A model generated the notes under the pieces. That model saw only the letters and a program-made list of their open reading frames with translations. It did no database searches and was not told the origin of the DNA. A program made the position numbers and the translations under genes. A stretch of 64,000 bases of DNA from Eledone cirrhosa (Eukaryota), in the NCBI GenBank assembly GCA_964016885.1, contig OZ024745.1, positions 74,958,001 to 75,022,000 of the forward strand, given 5' to 3'. Of this stretch, positions 1 to 16,228 are shown in pieces. Numbering within the stretch: the stretch's first letter is position 1; each line of letters opens with the position of its first letter.

Positions 1-2600
1 AGGTCAAATGGCCTGAGGGCCACCTCCTCCCTGGAATGACGTCAATAGAACAGAGACAGACGGAATCCCTGCTGGCCCTCACACACAGGCTGTTCATGGA
101 GCAAGCAATACTCCTCCCAACAAGAGGCGAAAATGTCCTGGACCTCTGTTTTACAAACAACGAAGTGCTCATCCACAATGTAAAGGTGACACCAACAATT
201 CTCTCGGATCATAACTTAGTAGAGCTAATGATATGTGGTCCAAGAGAACCAACAGAGACAAAACCACCAAGAAGCTCCGGGACGCTATCCAACCTTAACT
301 TCTACAAGGCTAACTGGAAAAAGATTAAGAGTGAAATCCGGAAGCAAACATGGAGTGAAAACATCGCCACACAAGACACTAACACACAATTTCAACACTT
401 CATGACAACGATACACACCATATGCAAAAAGTGTGTCCCGGAGAAAGAGGCAAACAGACACAAAAATATTATTCCCAGAGATAGGAAAATCCTTATGAGA
501 CGTAGAACTAAACTCTCAAACCAGTTGAATAGTCAACAAAACCAAAACAAGAAGGAATCCTATTTGAAACGTGCACTACTTGACACCGAGATTGCACTCA
601 AACTTTCACATGAGAATGAGAGGGCAAAGAAAGAGAACAGGGCCATAGAAAACATTAAAACAAACCCTAAGGCCTTCTTTAAATTTGCAAAAGAAACTGC
701 CTCAGTACACTGCAAGATTGGACCACTCTTCCACACGGACGGTTCATTAACCGAAAATCCCCAAGAGATATGTGAAATACTGAACGAACAGTACAAAAGT
801 GTCTTCACATGTCCACTGAGGCACATGCAAATAACGAAGCCAGAGGAGTTCTTTGATGCCACAACACTACATCAAGAAATGGCAACCATCAACCACATAG
901 ACATAACGGAGGAGGATGTGGTGTACGCCATTGATGAAATTAGAACAGACTCGGCTGCTGGACCTGATGGATTCCCAGCAGTTCTCCTAAAAATATGTAA
1001 GCGGGCCTTAGCAACTCCACTGAAGATGCTCTTCAGAAGCTCCTTGGCTAGCGGTGTACTACCCAGGGAGCTGAAAGAAGGCACAATATGCCCTATCCAT
1101 AAAGGAGGTAGTAGAGCGGAGGCCAAGAACTATAGGCCAGTCTCCCTGACGTCGCATATCAGTAAGGTCATGGAGCGAGTCGTCAGAAAGAAACTAATCA
1201 CTTTCCTCGAAGAAAATGACCGCCTGACTAGCACGCAACATGGCTTCCGCCCAGGAAGAAGCTGCCTTACACAGCTGCTACATCACTACGACTGGGTACT
1301 GAGACAACTACTAGACAGCTCACATGTAGACGTGATATATCTTGACTTTGCGAAGGCCTTTGACAAGGTCGACCACGGAATGATATGTCACAAACTACAC
1401 GGACTCGGCATAACTGGAAAAGTAGGTGAGTGGCTGCATGGCTTCCTAAGGGACAGAAGCCAGGCAGTCGCAGCAAATGGGGCCCTCTCGAGGGAAACAC
1501 CGATAACAAGTGGGGTGCCTCAGGGGACAGTCCTGGGACCACTACTGTTTTTGGTGGCTCTCTCGGACATGCCCTCTGTGGTGCATGCAACAACATCCCT
1601 CACTAGCTATGCTGATGACACTAAGGTAGCACAGGCAATCAAAAACCCGGCTGACGCTGCCCTCTTACAGCAGGATCTGGATGCCATATACAGATGGGCG
1701 GAAGAAAACAACATGCAGTTTAATGCTGGCAAATTCCAAGCCCTACAATACAAACCTGCAAACACAAACACAAATATAGCGGAACACAGCTACACAGGAC
1801 CAGGAGGGACCGATATCCCCGTGTCAAAATCGATACGAGACCTGGTCATAGACATGAGCGATGATGCATCTTTTTCTTCACACATCATGAAGGTGGCGAC
1901 AGCATGTAGACGATTCGCTGGCTGGATCTTGAGGACTTTCCTTACAAGAGATCGAGACACCATGTTGACACTGTGGAGGACTTTTGTCCTAAGCCGCCTG
2001 GACTACTGCTCCCAGCTGTGGTCACCCCATAGTGTCAAACTAACCACGGAGCTTGAGGCAATCCAGCGAAGCTACACCAAGAGGATTGCCAAGATGAGGG
2101 AGACAAGCTACTGGGAGAGGCTAAAGGAACTGAACCTCTACTCCTTGGAGCGAAGTCGGGAGAGATACGCAGTGATCTACATGTGGAAAATCCTGGAGGG
2201 ACTAGCACCAAACTTTGGCATTGGGAGCTGGACCAACCGTCGAACAGGACGTCACTGTGTGGTGCCAAAGGTCCCGTCTTCCACATCTAGAATAAGGAGC
2301 AGGTATTGCAATAGCCTGGGTTTCAAGGGCCCTCAACTCTTCAACAGGCTGCCGAGGCATCTGCGAGACTTGCATGACGTGGAGGTGGATGTCTTTAAGA
2401 AACATCTCGACACCTTGTTATCCAGGATCCCGGATGAGCCCACAGTAAGACACGAGGGAAACCTAAGGGCAGCAGCAACAAACTCCCTCCTACACCAGTG
2501 GCCAACCTATACAGGCTGGAGATAAAATGTGTAGCAACAAGGGCGGTGCCCCAGCATGGCCTCAGCCGGATGGCTGAAACAGGTAAAAGAGTAAAAAGAG
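1..2600 (+). mobile_element. CR1-type LINE with short 3' UTR and (GTAAAAGA)n-like tail
   Basis: ORF followed by a 75-bp UTR (ggcggtgccccagcatggcc...ctgaaac) and gtaaaagagtaaaaagag repeats, then microsatellite. Confidence 0.85.
36..2525 (+). CDS. CR1/L2-group LINE ORF2 (end of APE endonuclease + reverse transcriptase); 5' part lies outside the window
   Basis: Open 829-aa frame with APE C-terminal motifs ([20 protein letters not shown]) and RT motifs [59 protein letters not shown]; the usual RDLG reads RDLV. Confidence 0.93.
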   Translation: MTSIEQRQTESLLALTHRLFMEQAILLPTRGENVLDLCFTNNEVLIHNVKVTPTILSDHNLVELMICGPREPTETKPPRSSGTLSNLNFYKANWKKIKSEIRKQTWSENIATQDTNTQFQHFMTTIHTICKKCVPEKEANRHKNIIPRDRKILMRRRTKLSNQLNSQQNQNKKESYLKRALLDTEIALKLSHENERAKKENRAIENIKTNPKAFFKFAKETASVHCKIGPLFHTDGSLTENPQEICEILNEQYKSVFTCPLRHMQITKPEEFFDATTLHQEMATINHIDITEEDVVYAIDEIRTDSAAGPDGFPAVLLKICKRALATPLKMLFRSSLASGVLPRELKEGTICPIHKGGSRAEAKNYRPVSLTSHISKVMERVVRKKLITFLEENDRLTSTQHGFRPGRSCLTQLLHHYDWVLRQLLDSSHVDVIYLDFAKAFDKVDHGMICHKLHGLGITGKVGEWLHGFLRDRSQAVAANGALSRETPITSGVPQGTVLGPLLFLVALSDMPSVVHATTSLTSYADDTKVAQAIKNPADAALLQQDLDAIYRWAEENNMQFNAGKFQALQYKPANTNTNIAEHSYTGPGGTDIPVSKSIRDLVIDMSDDASFSSHIMKVATACRRFAGWILRTFLTRDRDTMLTLWRTFVLSRLDYCSQLWSPHSVKLTTELEAIQRSYTKRIAKMRETSYWERLKELNLYSLERSRERYAVIYMWKILEGLAPNFGIGSWTNRRTGRHCVVPKVPSSTSRIRSRYCNSLGFKGPQLFNRLPRHLRDLHDVEVDVFKKHLDTLLSRIPDEPTVRHEGNLRAAATNSLLHQWPTYTGWR

Positions 2601-4532
<1,932 letters not shown>

Positions 4533-4573
4533 CATAATATAAGATCAAAAGATGGTTAAAGGAGTTCAATATA

Positions 4574-4640
4574 TTTTATTATGCGCATTTCAAAAACAAA
4601 CATCATCAAACAATAATATTTGTGTTTTCATCAGATAAAA
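4574..4640 (-). ncRNA. Type I hammerhead ribozyme, mirror copy
   Basis: Reverse complement of 4801-4867. Confidence 0.75.
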
Positions 4641-4800
4641 CAGGAGAACATGATATGAAGGCTAAAAAAAACACTTGTTGATAGTGCAGTTTTAAATCAA
4701 CATATATGTTGATTTAAAACTGTTTTAAATCAACATATATGTTGATTTAAAATTGCACTATCAACAAGTGTTTTTTTAGCCTTCATATCATGTTCTCCTG

Positions 4801-4868
4801 TTTTATCTGATGAAAACACAAATATTATTGTTTGATGATGTTTGTTTTTGAAATGCGCATAATAAAAT
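4801..4868 (+). ncRNA. Type I hammerhead ribozyme (PLE-type, palindromic stem III)
   Basis: ttttat-CTGATGA-16-bp stem II (1 mismatch, G:U pairs, gttt loop)-GAA-atgcgcat-A-ataaaa. Confidence 0.78.
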
Positions 4869-4991
4869 ATATTGAACTCCTTTAACCATCTTTTGATCTT
4901 ATATTATGCATACTCCAGTCCCACAAACTGTAGAGTGCTTCTTATCCGATATCTGCATTGCTTTATTGTACTACAATAAAACTCACCTCCT

Positions 4992-5403
4992 ACATATATA
5001 CATACATATATATATACATATATATATACATACATATATACATATATATACATATATATATACATATATATATATACATATATATATATACATATATATA
5101 TATACATATATATATATACATATATATATATACATATATATATACATATATATATACATATATATATATACATATATATATATACATATATATATATACA
5201 TATATATACATATATATATATACATATATATATATACATATATATATATACATATATACATATACATATATATATATACATATATATATACATATATATA
5301 TATACATATATATATACATATATATATACATATATACATATATATACACATATATATATACATATATACATATATATACACATATATATATATACATATA
5401 TAT
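4992..5403. repeat. (TA)n/(TACA)n microsatellite
   Basis: Direct reading. Confidence 0.97.
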
Positions 5404-6012
5404 GGTGGCTGCCAACTCGTTTTCGAGTACGGCCACTACTTTATATCCATGTAGGAGAACCCCTACCGATGCGCTGAACGAATGTGACTTTTTAGTCCAG
5501 CCAGCGACTTGAAAACTCTGGTACAAAGACTACACTTGTGACCATTATTGACACATAGTGCAGGGCCCATGGTACCATGTGATGACAAGTACAGAGAGAT
5601 CTCCAGATATAAAGCAATGCCTGTGCTGTGAAGCTTTTATAGTGAGCAAAGGCACTGCACAAAGCCAGTCCCACTCTCTTAACCAAGATGATATTTACCA
5701 AAAAGAAGAACAAGTCAACATCATTGGATACCATCAGGGTTGCAGGTGTTATATCAGAGTTTTCCTTCTCCTAGAATTCTGCCTTGACAAAGGCTAAGGG
5801 GTCATCTCTCCCGGTGATTTTGGATGGCTATTGACTCTTAAGAGCTCCCTTGCCCTTTGACAGGTTTTGTTTTTAGTCCTGCAGGATGTCCAAAGTCACC
5901 CTCCTCACCAAGAAACCTTGGTGGGGTTGCCAGTTTAGTCGCCAACGACCCGACCATGAGACAGGTTGTACTGGGATACATGTTACCAGTAGCACCAACT
6001 GGTGACCTGACC
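5404..6012 (-). mobile_element. Non-autonomous bipartite RTE-like element, copy 1 (~610 bp)
   Basis: Structured 5' region; 3' part encodes a C2H2 finger ([24 protein letters not shown]) like RTE/BovB-type ORF ends; tail hairpin actcgaaaacgagt; close copy at 7857-8462. Confidence 0.7.
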
Positions 6013-6182
6013 ATACGTATATATACACATATATATACACATATATACACATATATATACACATATATATATATATACAAATATATACATATATATATAC
6101 ATATATATGTATATATATACATATATACATATATATATATATACATATATATATATACTTTTTTTTTTTTTTTTTTTTTTTT

Positions 6183-7652
6183 AAATGACCATGCTGTAAA
6201 ATGGAGGGGTAGAGAGGGCCCTTGAGTCTAGTAAGACATCCTCTCTAGTGCTGGTGGCACAAATAAAAGCACCCAGTCCATGCTGTAAAGTGGCGCTGGT
6301 GTTAGGAAGGGCATCCAACCAGTGTATCAATGCCAAAAAGCTTATCAGCACAGAAACAAAACAGCATAGAAAAAAAAAATATGAAGACGTCGCATCTCAG
6401 AGTTGCAACACTTAATGTTGGCACTCTCAGAGGTAGATCTGCTGAAATAGCGGAGATGCTGGAGAGAAGGCAGGTGGATGTGTGCTGCGTGCAAGAGGTG
6501 AGATGGAGAGGTGCCTCTGCGAGACTAGTCGTAGGCAAACGTCTTAGCTATAAGCTATTCTGGGTAGGTAAGGATGATGGGTTAGGGGGAGTAGGCATTT
6601 TCCTGGCTGAGAAATGGATCAATAAGACAATAGAGGTAGTTCGAGTTAGTAATCGAATAATTAAGCTTAGATTAGTTGTAGGTAGGGGACTACTGACAAT
6701 CATCTCTGCCTATGCTCCCCAAGCAGGCCTAGGCAGAGATGAGAAAGACTGCTTTTATGAGCAACTTTTGCAAACAACCGCAATGACAGAGGACGGAGAC
6801 ATCGTTATGCTAGCAGGAGACTTCAATGGTCATGTTGGACAGCTCCAGGATGGTTACACTGGGGTACATGGTGCGCACGGTTACGGTTCAAGAAATGAAG
6901 AAGGAGTGAGACTTCTTGAATTTTGTGATGCAAGTACATTGACTATTTGCAACACAAACTTCCAGAAACCTGCCAATCACCTAATAACCTACAAATCTGG
7001 TGAGCACATAAGCCAGATTGACTTCCTGCTAGTTAGGCAGCGGGACAGGCAGATAGTGTCTAATACCAAGGCATACCCTGGGGAAGAATGTACCCCACAG
7101 CATAGGTTAGTTGTTAGTGATATCTCAGTAAGCAAGAGATGGAATGAGACATATAGGAAGGTGTGGAGAAGAAAGGTCTGGAAGCTAAAAGACCTTTCAC
7201 TAAAATTCAAATTTAGGAAAGCCCTTCAAGATGTATATGACGAAAAAGAAGACGATTTAGAGACGTATGACATAGATAATAACTGGAAGTTCTTACGTGA
7301 CAACTTGCTGAAGGCTACTGATGAAACCTGTGGCTGGAGCAGAGCTCCAACCAGACAGAGAGTGACCTGGTGGTGGAACAGCAGTGTAGATAAGGCTATT
7401 AGAGACAAAAGACTAGCATGGAAGGCTTGGAATAAGGGTGGGAGTAGGGAAGAATATACAGCCACTAAGAGAGAAGCTAGACGTCAGGTGTACTTAGCAC
7501 GCAGGGAGGCAGAGAGTAGGAGGTTTGCCAATGTTCTGCGACGGGAAGATCAGAGGTGTGCGGTGTTCCACATTGCAAGGCAGTGTGTCAATGCAAATCA
7601 GGATGTTGTTGGTGTTGGTGATGTTGTCCGGGATGATGCCGGTGTACTTAGT
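6183..7652 (+). mobile_element. RTE-clade LINE family A, 5' portion (5' UTR + APE endonuclease + linker), 3' end missing
   Basis: 5' UTR with ggtgttaggaagggcatcc motif, ATG at 6330; sequence stops abruptly in microsatellite. Confidence 0.88.
6330..7652 (+). pseudogene. Truncated RTE ORF: APE endonuclease domain
   Basis: [50 protein letters not shown] motifs; the frame beyond 7652 is microsatellite read-through. Confidence 0.9.
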
Positions 7653-7856
7653 ATACATACATATATATATATCTATATATATATACATACATATATATAT
7701 ATATATACATACATATATATATATATCTATATATATATACATACATATATATATATATACATACATATATATATATATCTATATATATATACATACATAT
7801 ATATATATATACATACATATATATATATATCTATATATATATATACATACATATAT

Positions 7857-8462
7857 GGTGGCTGCCAACTCGTTTTCGAGTACGGCCACTACTTTATATC
7901 CATGTAGGAGAACCCCTACCGATGCGCTGAACGAGTGACTTTTTAGTCCAGCCAGCGACTTGAAAACTCTGGTACAAACACTACACTTGTGACAATTATT
8001 GACACATAGTGCTTTGCCTTTGGTACCATGTGACGACAAGTGCAGAGAGATCTCCAGATACAAAGCAATGCCTGTGCCGTGAAGCTTTTATAGTGAGCAA
8101 AGGCACTGCACAAAGCCAGTCCCACTCTCTTAACCAAGATGATATTTACCAAAAAGAAGAACAAGTCAACATCATTGGATACCATCAGGGTTGCAGGTGT
8201 TATATCAGAGTTTTCCTTCTCCTAGAATTCTGCCTTGACAAAGGCTAAGGGGTCATCTCTCCCACTGATTTTGGATGGCCATTGACTCTTAAGAGCTCCT
8301 TTGCCCTTTGACAGGTTTTGTTTTTAGTCCTGCAGGATGTCCAAAGTCACCCTCCTCACCAAGAAACCTTGGTGGGGTTGCCAGTTTAGTCGCCAACGAC
8401 CCGACCATGAGACAGGTTGTACTGGGATACATGTTACCAGTAGCACCAAGTGGTGACCTGAC
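7857..8462 (-). mobile_element. Non-autonomous bipartite RTE-like element, copy 2
   Basis: Aligns end to end with 5404-6012 with scattered substitutions; flanked by microsatellite on both sides. Confidence 0.7.
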
Positions 8463-8485
8463 ATATACATACATATATATATATC

Positions 8486-8521
<36 letters not shown>

Positions 8522-8654
8522 CATACATATATATATATCTTTATATATATACATACATATATATATATCTATATATATATATACATACATATATATATAT
8601 CTTTATATATATACATACATATATATATATATATCTATATATATATATACATAT

Positions 8655-11201
8655 ATCATCATCATCATCATCATCATCATCATTTTACGTCCGCTTTTCC
8701 CTGCTTGCAAGGGTGGGACGGGTCTTATTCAGCACAGCATCTCTCCACTCGTCACGGTCCCTCGTCATCTCCACCGTGAGCTTCAATGATCTGAGGTCTG
8801 TTCTCACCACCTCCGCCCATGTTTTTCGTGGTCTACCTCTACCACGTCTTCCTTCAACTGGCATTTCCTGGCACTTCTTCACCCATCGGTCATCCTCCAT
8901 GCGCACCACATGTCCATACCACCTCAGTCTCCTCTCCCGTACACTACATTCTATCCCTCTCAGACACAGTTTCTCTCTCAACACATTTATGCTGGGTCGT
9001 TCACGCACATTTACACTGCACATCCAACGGAGCATGCTTGCCTCATTTCTCTCCAGCCGTCGCATATCTTCTGCGGTAGCTGCCCATGTCTCACTACCAT
9101 GCAGCATCGCGCTCCTCACACAGGCATCATACAACCGGCCTTTCGTACGCAGGGAGAAACCCTTCTTCGTCAACAGAGGAAGCAGCTCCCTAAACTTCTT
9201 CCAACCCGTCCTTATTCTAGATACTATGGCCTCGGAACACCCTCCTCCCATGCTAATCTGATCTCCTAGGTACCGGAAGCTATCCACCACTTCTATAGCG
9301 CCCTCTCGCATTTGAAAAATGTGTCTATCAGTGCGACTTCTACTGTCTAATTTCCCTGTACATCTACTCCATACATATTTCTCCCTACCTGTTAGTTTGC
9401 CTGCTATCCCGCTACATCTCTTGTGTACCCAGGACCTACATTGTGTGCATTTTATAGAATTTATGCCAGTTCCTTTTCTGCATATCGAACATGGCCATTT
9501 CCCTGACGGAATCAGGGTTTTGTCCTCTTTTCTACTCATCAACACTTTTGTCTTAGCTAGATTTACTCTCAGTCCTCTTGCTTCCAACTGCTGTTTCCAT
9601 AGCCGGAATTTATTCTCTAGCTCCTCTACTGATTCTGCCATAAGAGCCAGATCGTCAGCATAGAGAAGTTCCCATGGACAGCCAGTCTTAAACTCCTCTG
9701 TTATGGCTTGGAGGACTATAATGAACAAGAGCGGGCTGAGGACCGAACCCTGATGTACTCCTACTTGTATCTGGAATTCCTCACTAAACTCCATTCCTAC
9801 CCTGACTTTACTGAGAGTACCTCTGTACAAAGTTTGCACTGTCCTTACAAGCCATTCCTCAACACCCAGCTTCCTTAGGGACCACCAGATGACAGATCGG
9901 GGTACCCTATCAAAGGCCTTCTCTAGGTCAACAAAGGCTAAGTATAGTGGCTTATTCTTCTCTAAGAACCTCTCTTGCATTTGTCTCACCAAGAAGAGGG
10001 CATCTGTTGTACTCTTCCCAGGCACAAAACCAAACTGCATCTCATCTAGTTTGACCCTTTCTCTAATTAGTTGTGCTAGAATCCTTTCTGCCACTTTCAT
10101 AACCTGATCTATCAGTTTTATACCCCTATAATTGCTCCTCTCCAAAGCATCCCCTTTACCTTTGTAGCAATTTATGAGAATACTGCTGCACCAGTCTTTG
10201 GGTATGACACCACCATATATAGCCTGATTGATTATGCGTGCAACCAGTTTAGTGCCTACGTCCCCTGATGCCTTCAGCATCTCAGCAACTATTCCCGATG
10301 GTCCGGCCGCCTTACCATTTTTCATTTCCCTAATCGCCTCTTGGACCCTATATTCGTCAATCTCAATAGCTGGTCCCTCTGTCGGATCTACCAAGGGTAA
10401 TTTCTCTCTCTCCCATTCGTTCTCCACATTCATCAGTCTCTCATAATGACATTTCCAGGCCTCCTTTTTCTGGTCATTCGTGACACTAAGTACACCGGCA
10501 TCATCCCGGACACATTTATCACCAACAACATCCTGATTTGCATTGACACACTGCCTTGCAATGTGGAACACCGCACGCCTCTGATCTTCCCGTCGCAGAA
10601 CATTGGCAAACCTCCTACTCTCTGCCTCCCTGCGTGCTAAGTACACCTGACGTCTAGCTTCTCTCTTAGTGGCTGTATATTCTTCCCTACTCCCACCCTT
10701 ATTCCAAGCCTTCCATGCTAGTCTTTTGTCTCTAATAGCCTTATCTACACTGCTGTTCCACCACCAGGTCACTCTCTGTCTGGTTGGAGCTCTGCTCCAG
10801 CCACAGGTTTCATCAGTAGCCTTCAGCAAGTTGTCACGTAAGAACTTCCAGTTATTATCTATGTCATACGTCTCTAAATCGTCTTCTTTTTCGTCATATA
10901 CATCTTGAAGGGCTTTCCTAAATTTGAATTTTAGTGAAAGGTCTTTTAGCTTCCAGACCTTTCTTCTCCACACCTTCCTATATGTCTCATTCCATCTCTT
11001 GCTTACTGAGATATCACTAACAACTAACCTATGCTGTGGGGTACATTCTTCCCCAGGGTATGCCTTGGTATTAGACACTATCTGCCTGTCCCGCTGCCTA
11101 ACTAGCAGGAAGTCAATCTGGCTTATGTGCTCACCAGATTTGTAGGTTATTAGGTGATTGGCAGGTTTCTGGAAGTTTGTGTTGCAAATAGTCAATGTAC
11201 T
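8655..11201 (-). mobile_element. RTE-clade LINE family A, 5'-truncated copy with (GAT)n tail
   Basis: Open frame to stop at 8685, immediately followed by (ATG)n tail; near-identical to 6933-7652 over the overlap. Confidence 0.93.
8685..11201 (-). CDS. RTE ORF (APE C-terminus, RT with PHD-like insertion), 5'-truncated
   Basis: [73 protein letters not shown]. Confidence 0.92.
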   Translation of the reverse strand, partial: STLTICNTNFQKPANHLITYKSGEHISQIDFLLVRQRDRQIVSNTKAYPGEECTPQHRLVVSDISVSKRWNETYRKVWRRKVWKLKDLSLKFKFRKALQDVYDEKEDDLETYDIDNNWKFLRDNLLKATDETCGWSRAPTRQRVTWWWNSSVDKAIRDKRLAWKAWNKGGSREEYTATKREARRQVYLARREAESRRFANVLRREDQRRAVFHIARQCVNANQDVVGDKCVRDDAGVLSVTNDQKKEAWKCHYERLMNVENEWEREKLPLVDPTEGPAIEIDEYRVQEAIREMKNGKAAGPSGIVAEMLKASGDVGTKLVARIINQAIYGGVIPKDWCSSILINCYKGKGDALERSNYRGIKLIDQVMKVAERILAQLIRERVKLDEMQFGFVPGKSTTDALFLVRQMQERFLEKNKPLYLAFVDLEKAFDRVPRSVIWWSLRKLGVEEWLVRTVQTLYRGTLSKVRVGMEFSEEFQIQVGVHQGSVLSPLLFIIVLQAITEEFKTGCPWELLYADDLALMAESVEELENKFRLWKQQLEARGLRVNLAKTKVLMSRKEDKTLIPSGKWPCSICRKGTGINSIKCTQCRSWVHKRCSGIAGKLTGREKYVWSRCTGKLDSRSRTDRHIFQMREGAIEVVDSFRYLGDQISMGGGCSEAIVSRIRTGWKKFRELLPLLTKKGFSLRTKGRLYDACVRSAMLHGSETWAATAEDMRRLERNEASMLRWMCSVNVRERPSINVLREKLCLRGIECSVRERRLRWYGHVVRMEDDRWVKKCQEMPVEGRRGRGRPRKTWAEVVRTDLRSLKLTVEMTRDRDEWRDAVLNKTRPTLASREKRT

Positions 11202-11379
11202 ATATATATACATACATACATATATATCTTTATATATATACATACATATATATATATATATCTATATATATATATATATCTATATATATACATACATATA
11301 TATATATCTTTATATATATACATACATATACATACATATATATATACATACATATACATACATACATATACATACATAC

Positions 11380-11438
<59 letters not shown>

Positions 11439-11495
11439 CATACATATACATACATACATATACATACATATATATATATATATACATATACATAC

Positions 11496-11527
<32 letters not shown>

Positions 11528-11533
11528 ACATAC

Positions 11534-11565
<32 letters not shown>

Positions 11566-11571
11566 ACATAC

Positions 11572-11603
<32 letters not shown>

Positions 11604-11609
11604 ACATAC

Positions 11610-11640
<31 letters not shown>

Positions 11641-11685
11641 CATACATACATATACATATATATACATACATACATATACATATAT

Positions 11686-11724
<39 letters not shown>

Positions 11725-11725
11725 T

Positions 11726-11764
<39 letters not shown>

Positions 11765-11899
11765 TATACATATACATACATATACATATATATATATACA
11801 TACATATACATACATATATATACATACATACATACATACATATACATACATATACATACATACATATACATACATACATACATACATATACATACATAC

Positions 11900-11932
<33 letters not shown>

Positions 11933-12024
11933 CATACATACATATATACATACATATATATATACATACATATATATATATACATACATATATACATACA
12001 TATATATATATACATACATACATA

Positions 12025-12065
<41 letters not shown>

Positions 12066-12089
12066 ACATACATATATATATATACATAC

Positions 12090-12123
<34 letters not shown>

Positions 12124-12583
12124 ACATACATATATATATATATACATACATATATATACGTACATATACATATATATATATATACATACATATACATATA
12201 TACATAATATATATATACATACATATATATATATACATACATATATATACGTACATATACATATACATATATATATATATACATACATATACATATATAT
12301 ACATACATATACATATATACATACATATACATATATACATACATATACATATATATATATACATACATATACATATATACATACATATACATATATATAT
12401 ACATACATATACATATAAATATATACATACATATATATACATATATATACATATATATACATACATATATATACATATATATACATACATATATATACAT
12501 ATATATACATACATATATATATACATACATATACATATATATATATACATACATATATATCCATACATACATACATATACATA

Positions 12584-12617
<34 letters not shown>

Positions 12618-12679
12618 CATATATATATACATACATACATACATACATATATATACATACATACATACATATACATATA

Positions 12680-12711
<32 letters not shown>

Positions 12712-12774
12712 CATATACATATATATACATACATACATATACATATATATACATACATACATATATATACATAC

Positions 12775-12845
<71 letters not shown>

Positions 12846-12966
12846 CATACATATATATATACATACATACATATATATATACATACATACATACATACAT
12901 ATATATACATACATACATATATATATACATATATACACATACATACATATATATACATACATACAT

Positions 12967-12999
<33 letters not shown>

Positions 13000-13015
13000 C
13001 ATACATACATATACA
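11202..13015. repeat. (TA)n/(TACA)n microsatellite, ~1.8 kb
   Basis: Direct reading. Confidence 0.98.
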
Positions 13016-13214
13016 TTGCACTCAGTGCTCCTTTGGGAGCCCCTACATGGACACACTAGAAGAGGAAGACCAAGGTTAACATATGTTGATGCCCTAAGGA
13101 CAGACACTGGTCTGTTGGAGATGCAGGATATGGCAGCGATAATGAGGGACAGAGACCGCTGGAGAGAACTCGTCCATGGATCTCGGGAATTTTACCCGCC
13201 TTAGATAGATAGAT
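13016..13214 (+). mobile_element. 3' fragment of a third RTE-like LINE family with (TAGA)n tail
   Basis: [23 protein letters not shown]...DRDRWRELV is an RTE C-terminal signature; stop followed by atagatagat. Confidence 0.8.
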
Positions 13215-13278
13215 ACATATACATACATATATATACATACATACATATACATATAAATATATACATACATATATATAC

Positions 13279-13309
<31 letters not shown>

Positions 13310-13470
13310 CATATATATACATACATACATATATATACATACATACATATATATACATACATACATATATATACATACATACATATATATACATATACAT
13401 ACATATATATATATACATACATACATATATATACATACATACATATATATACATACATACATATATATAC

Positions 13471-13504
<34 letters not shown>

Positions 13505-13606
13505 ACATACATATATATATATACATACATATATATATATACATACATATATATATATACATACATATATATATATACATACATATATATATACATACAT
13601 ATATAT

Positions 13607-13637
<31 letters not shown>

Positions 13638-13782
13638 CATACATATATATATACATACATATATATATATACATACATATATATATATACATACATATAT
13701 ATATATACATACATATATATATATACATACATATATATATATACATACATATATATATATACATACATATACATATATATAC

Positions 13783-13818
<36 letters not shown>

Positions 13819-14544
13819 ACATACATATACATATATATACATATACATACATATACATACATATATATATATATATATACATATATATACATATACATAT
13901 ACATACATATATATATATATACATATATATACATATACATACATATATATATATATACATATACATACATATATATATATATACATATATATACATATAC
14001 ATACATATATATATATATACATATATATACATATACATACATATACATACATATATATATATATACATATATATACATATACATACATATATATATATAT
14101 ACATATATATACATATACATACATATATATATATATACATATATATACATATACATACATATACATATATATACATATACATACATATATATATATATAC
14201 ACATATATATACATATACATACATATATATATATATACATATATATACATATACATACATATACATACATATACATATATATACATATATATACATATAC
14301 ATACATATATATATATATACATACATATACATACATATACATACATATACATATATATACATATACATATATATACATATACATATATATACATATACAT
14401 ATATATACATATACATATATATACATACATATATATATATATACATATACATATATATACATATATATACATATACATATATATACATACATATACATAT
14501 ATATACATATACATATATATACATACATATACATATATATACAT

Positions 14545-14589
<45 letters not shown>

Positions 14590-14636
14590 TATACATATAC
14601 ATACATACATATATATATATATACATATATATACAT

Positions 14637-14685
<49 letters not shown>

Positions 14686-14740
14686 TATACATATACATAC
14701 ATACATATATATACATATACATACATACATATATATACAT

Positions 14741-14817
<77 letters not shown>

Positions 14818-14824
14818 TATACAT

Positions 14825-14869
<45 letters not shown>

Positions 14870-14876
14870 TATACAT

Positions 14877-14923
<47 letters not shown>

Positions 14924-14930
14924 TATACAT

Positions 14931-14975
<45 letters not shown>

Positions 14976-14982
14976 TATACAT

Positions 14983-15027
<45 letters not shown>

Positions 15028-15034
15028 TATACAT

Positions 15035-15079
<45 letters not shown>

Positions 15080-15086
15080 TATACAT

Positions 15087-15121
<35 letters not shown>

Positions 15122-15134
15122 CATATATATACAT

Positions 15135-15179
<45 letters not shown>

Positions 15180-15402
15180 TATACATATACATACATACAT
15201 ATATATACATATACATACATACATATATATATATATACATATATATACATATACATACATACATATATATATATACATATATATACATATACATACATAC
15301 ATATATATATATACATATATATACATATACATACATACATATATATATATACATATATATACATATACATACATACATATATATATATACATATATATAC
15401 AT

Positions 15403-15437
<35 letters not shown>

Positions 15438-15606
15438 CATATATATACATATACATACATACATATATCTATATATATATACACATATATATACATATAC
15501 CTACATACATATATCTATATATATATATACATACATATATCTATATATACATATATATATATACATATATCTATATATATATATACATACATATATCTAT
15601 ATATAC

Positions 15607-15637
<31 letters not shown>

Positions 15638-16228
15638 CATATATCTATATATACATATATATACATACATATATATATATACATATATATACATACATAT
15701 ATATATATACATATATATACATACATATATATATATATACATATATATACATACATATATATATATATACATACATATATATATACATATATATACATAC
15801 ATATATATATATATACATATATATACATACATATATATATATATACATACATATATATATACATATATACATACATATATATATACATATATATACATAC
15901 ATATATATATATATACATATATATACATACATATATATATATATACATACATATATATATACATATATATACATACATATATATATACATATATATACAT
16001 ACATATATATATACATATATATACATACATATATATATACATATATATACATACATATATATATACATATATATACATACATATATATATACATATATAT
16101 ACATACATATATATATATATACATACATATATATATATATACATAGATATACATATATACATATATATACATATATATACATACACATATATATATACAT
16201 ATATATACATACATATATATATATACAT
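13215..16228. repeat. (TA)n/(TACA)n microsatellite, ~3 kb
   Basis: Direct reading. Confidence 0.98.

Larger units (their letters stand above)
4533..4991. mobile_element. Fold-back Penelope-like pseudo-LTR remnant (376-bp near-perfect palindrome 4533-4908 plus ~80-bp one-sided extension)
   Basis: Arms are reverse complements; each arm carries a hammerhead motif; inverted pLTRs with a one-sided tail are typical of PLE insertions. Confidence 0.72.

Noticed and set aside
8308-10107. + strand ORFs opposite the RTE ORF (and similar antisense ORFs at 560-2405 and 16607-18909)
   Set aside because: Shadow frames of LINE coding sequence without recognisable motifs
7653-11201. Simple inversion of this segment as the explanation for the opposed RTE-A pieces
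   Set aside because: Internal microsatellites keep the same C-on-plus polarity and variant units as the flanking array, which an inversion would flip
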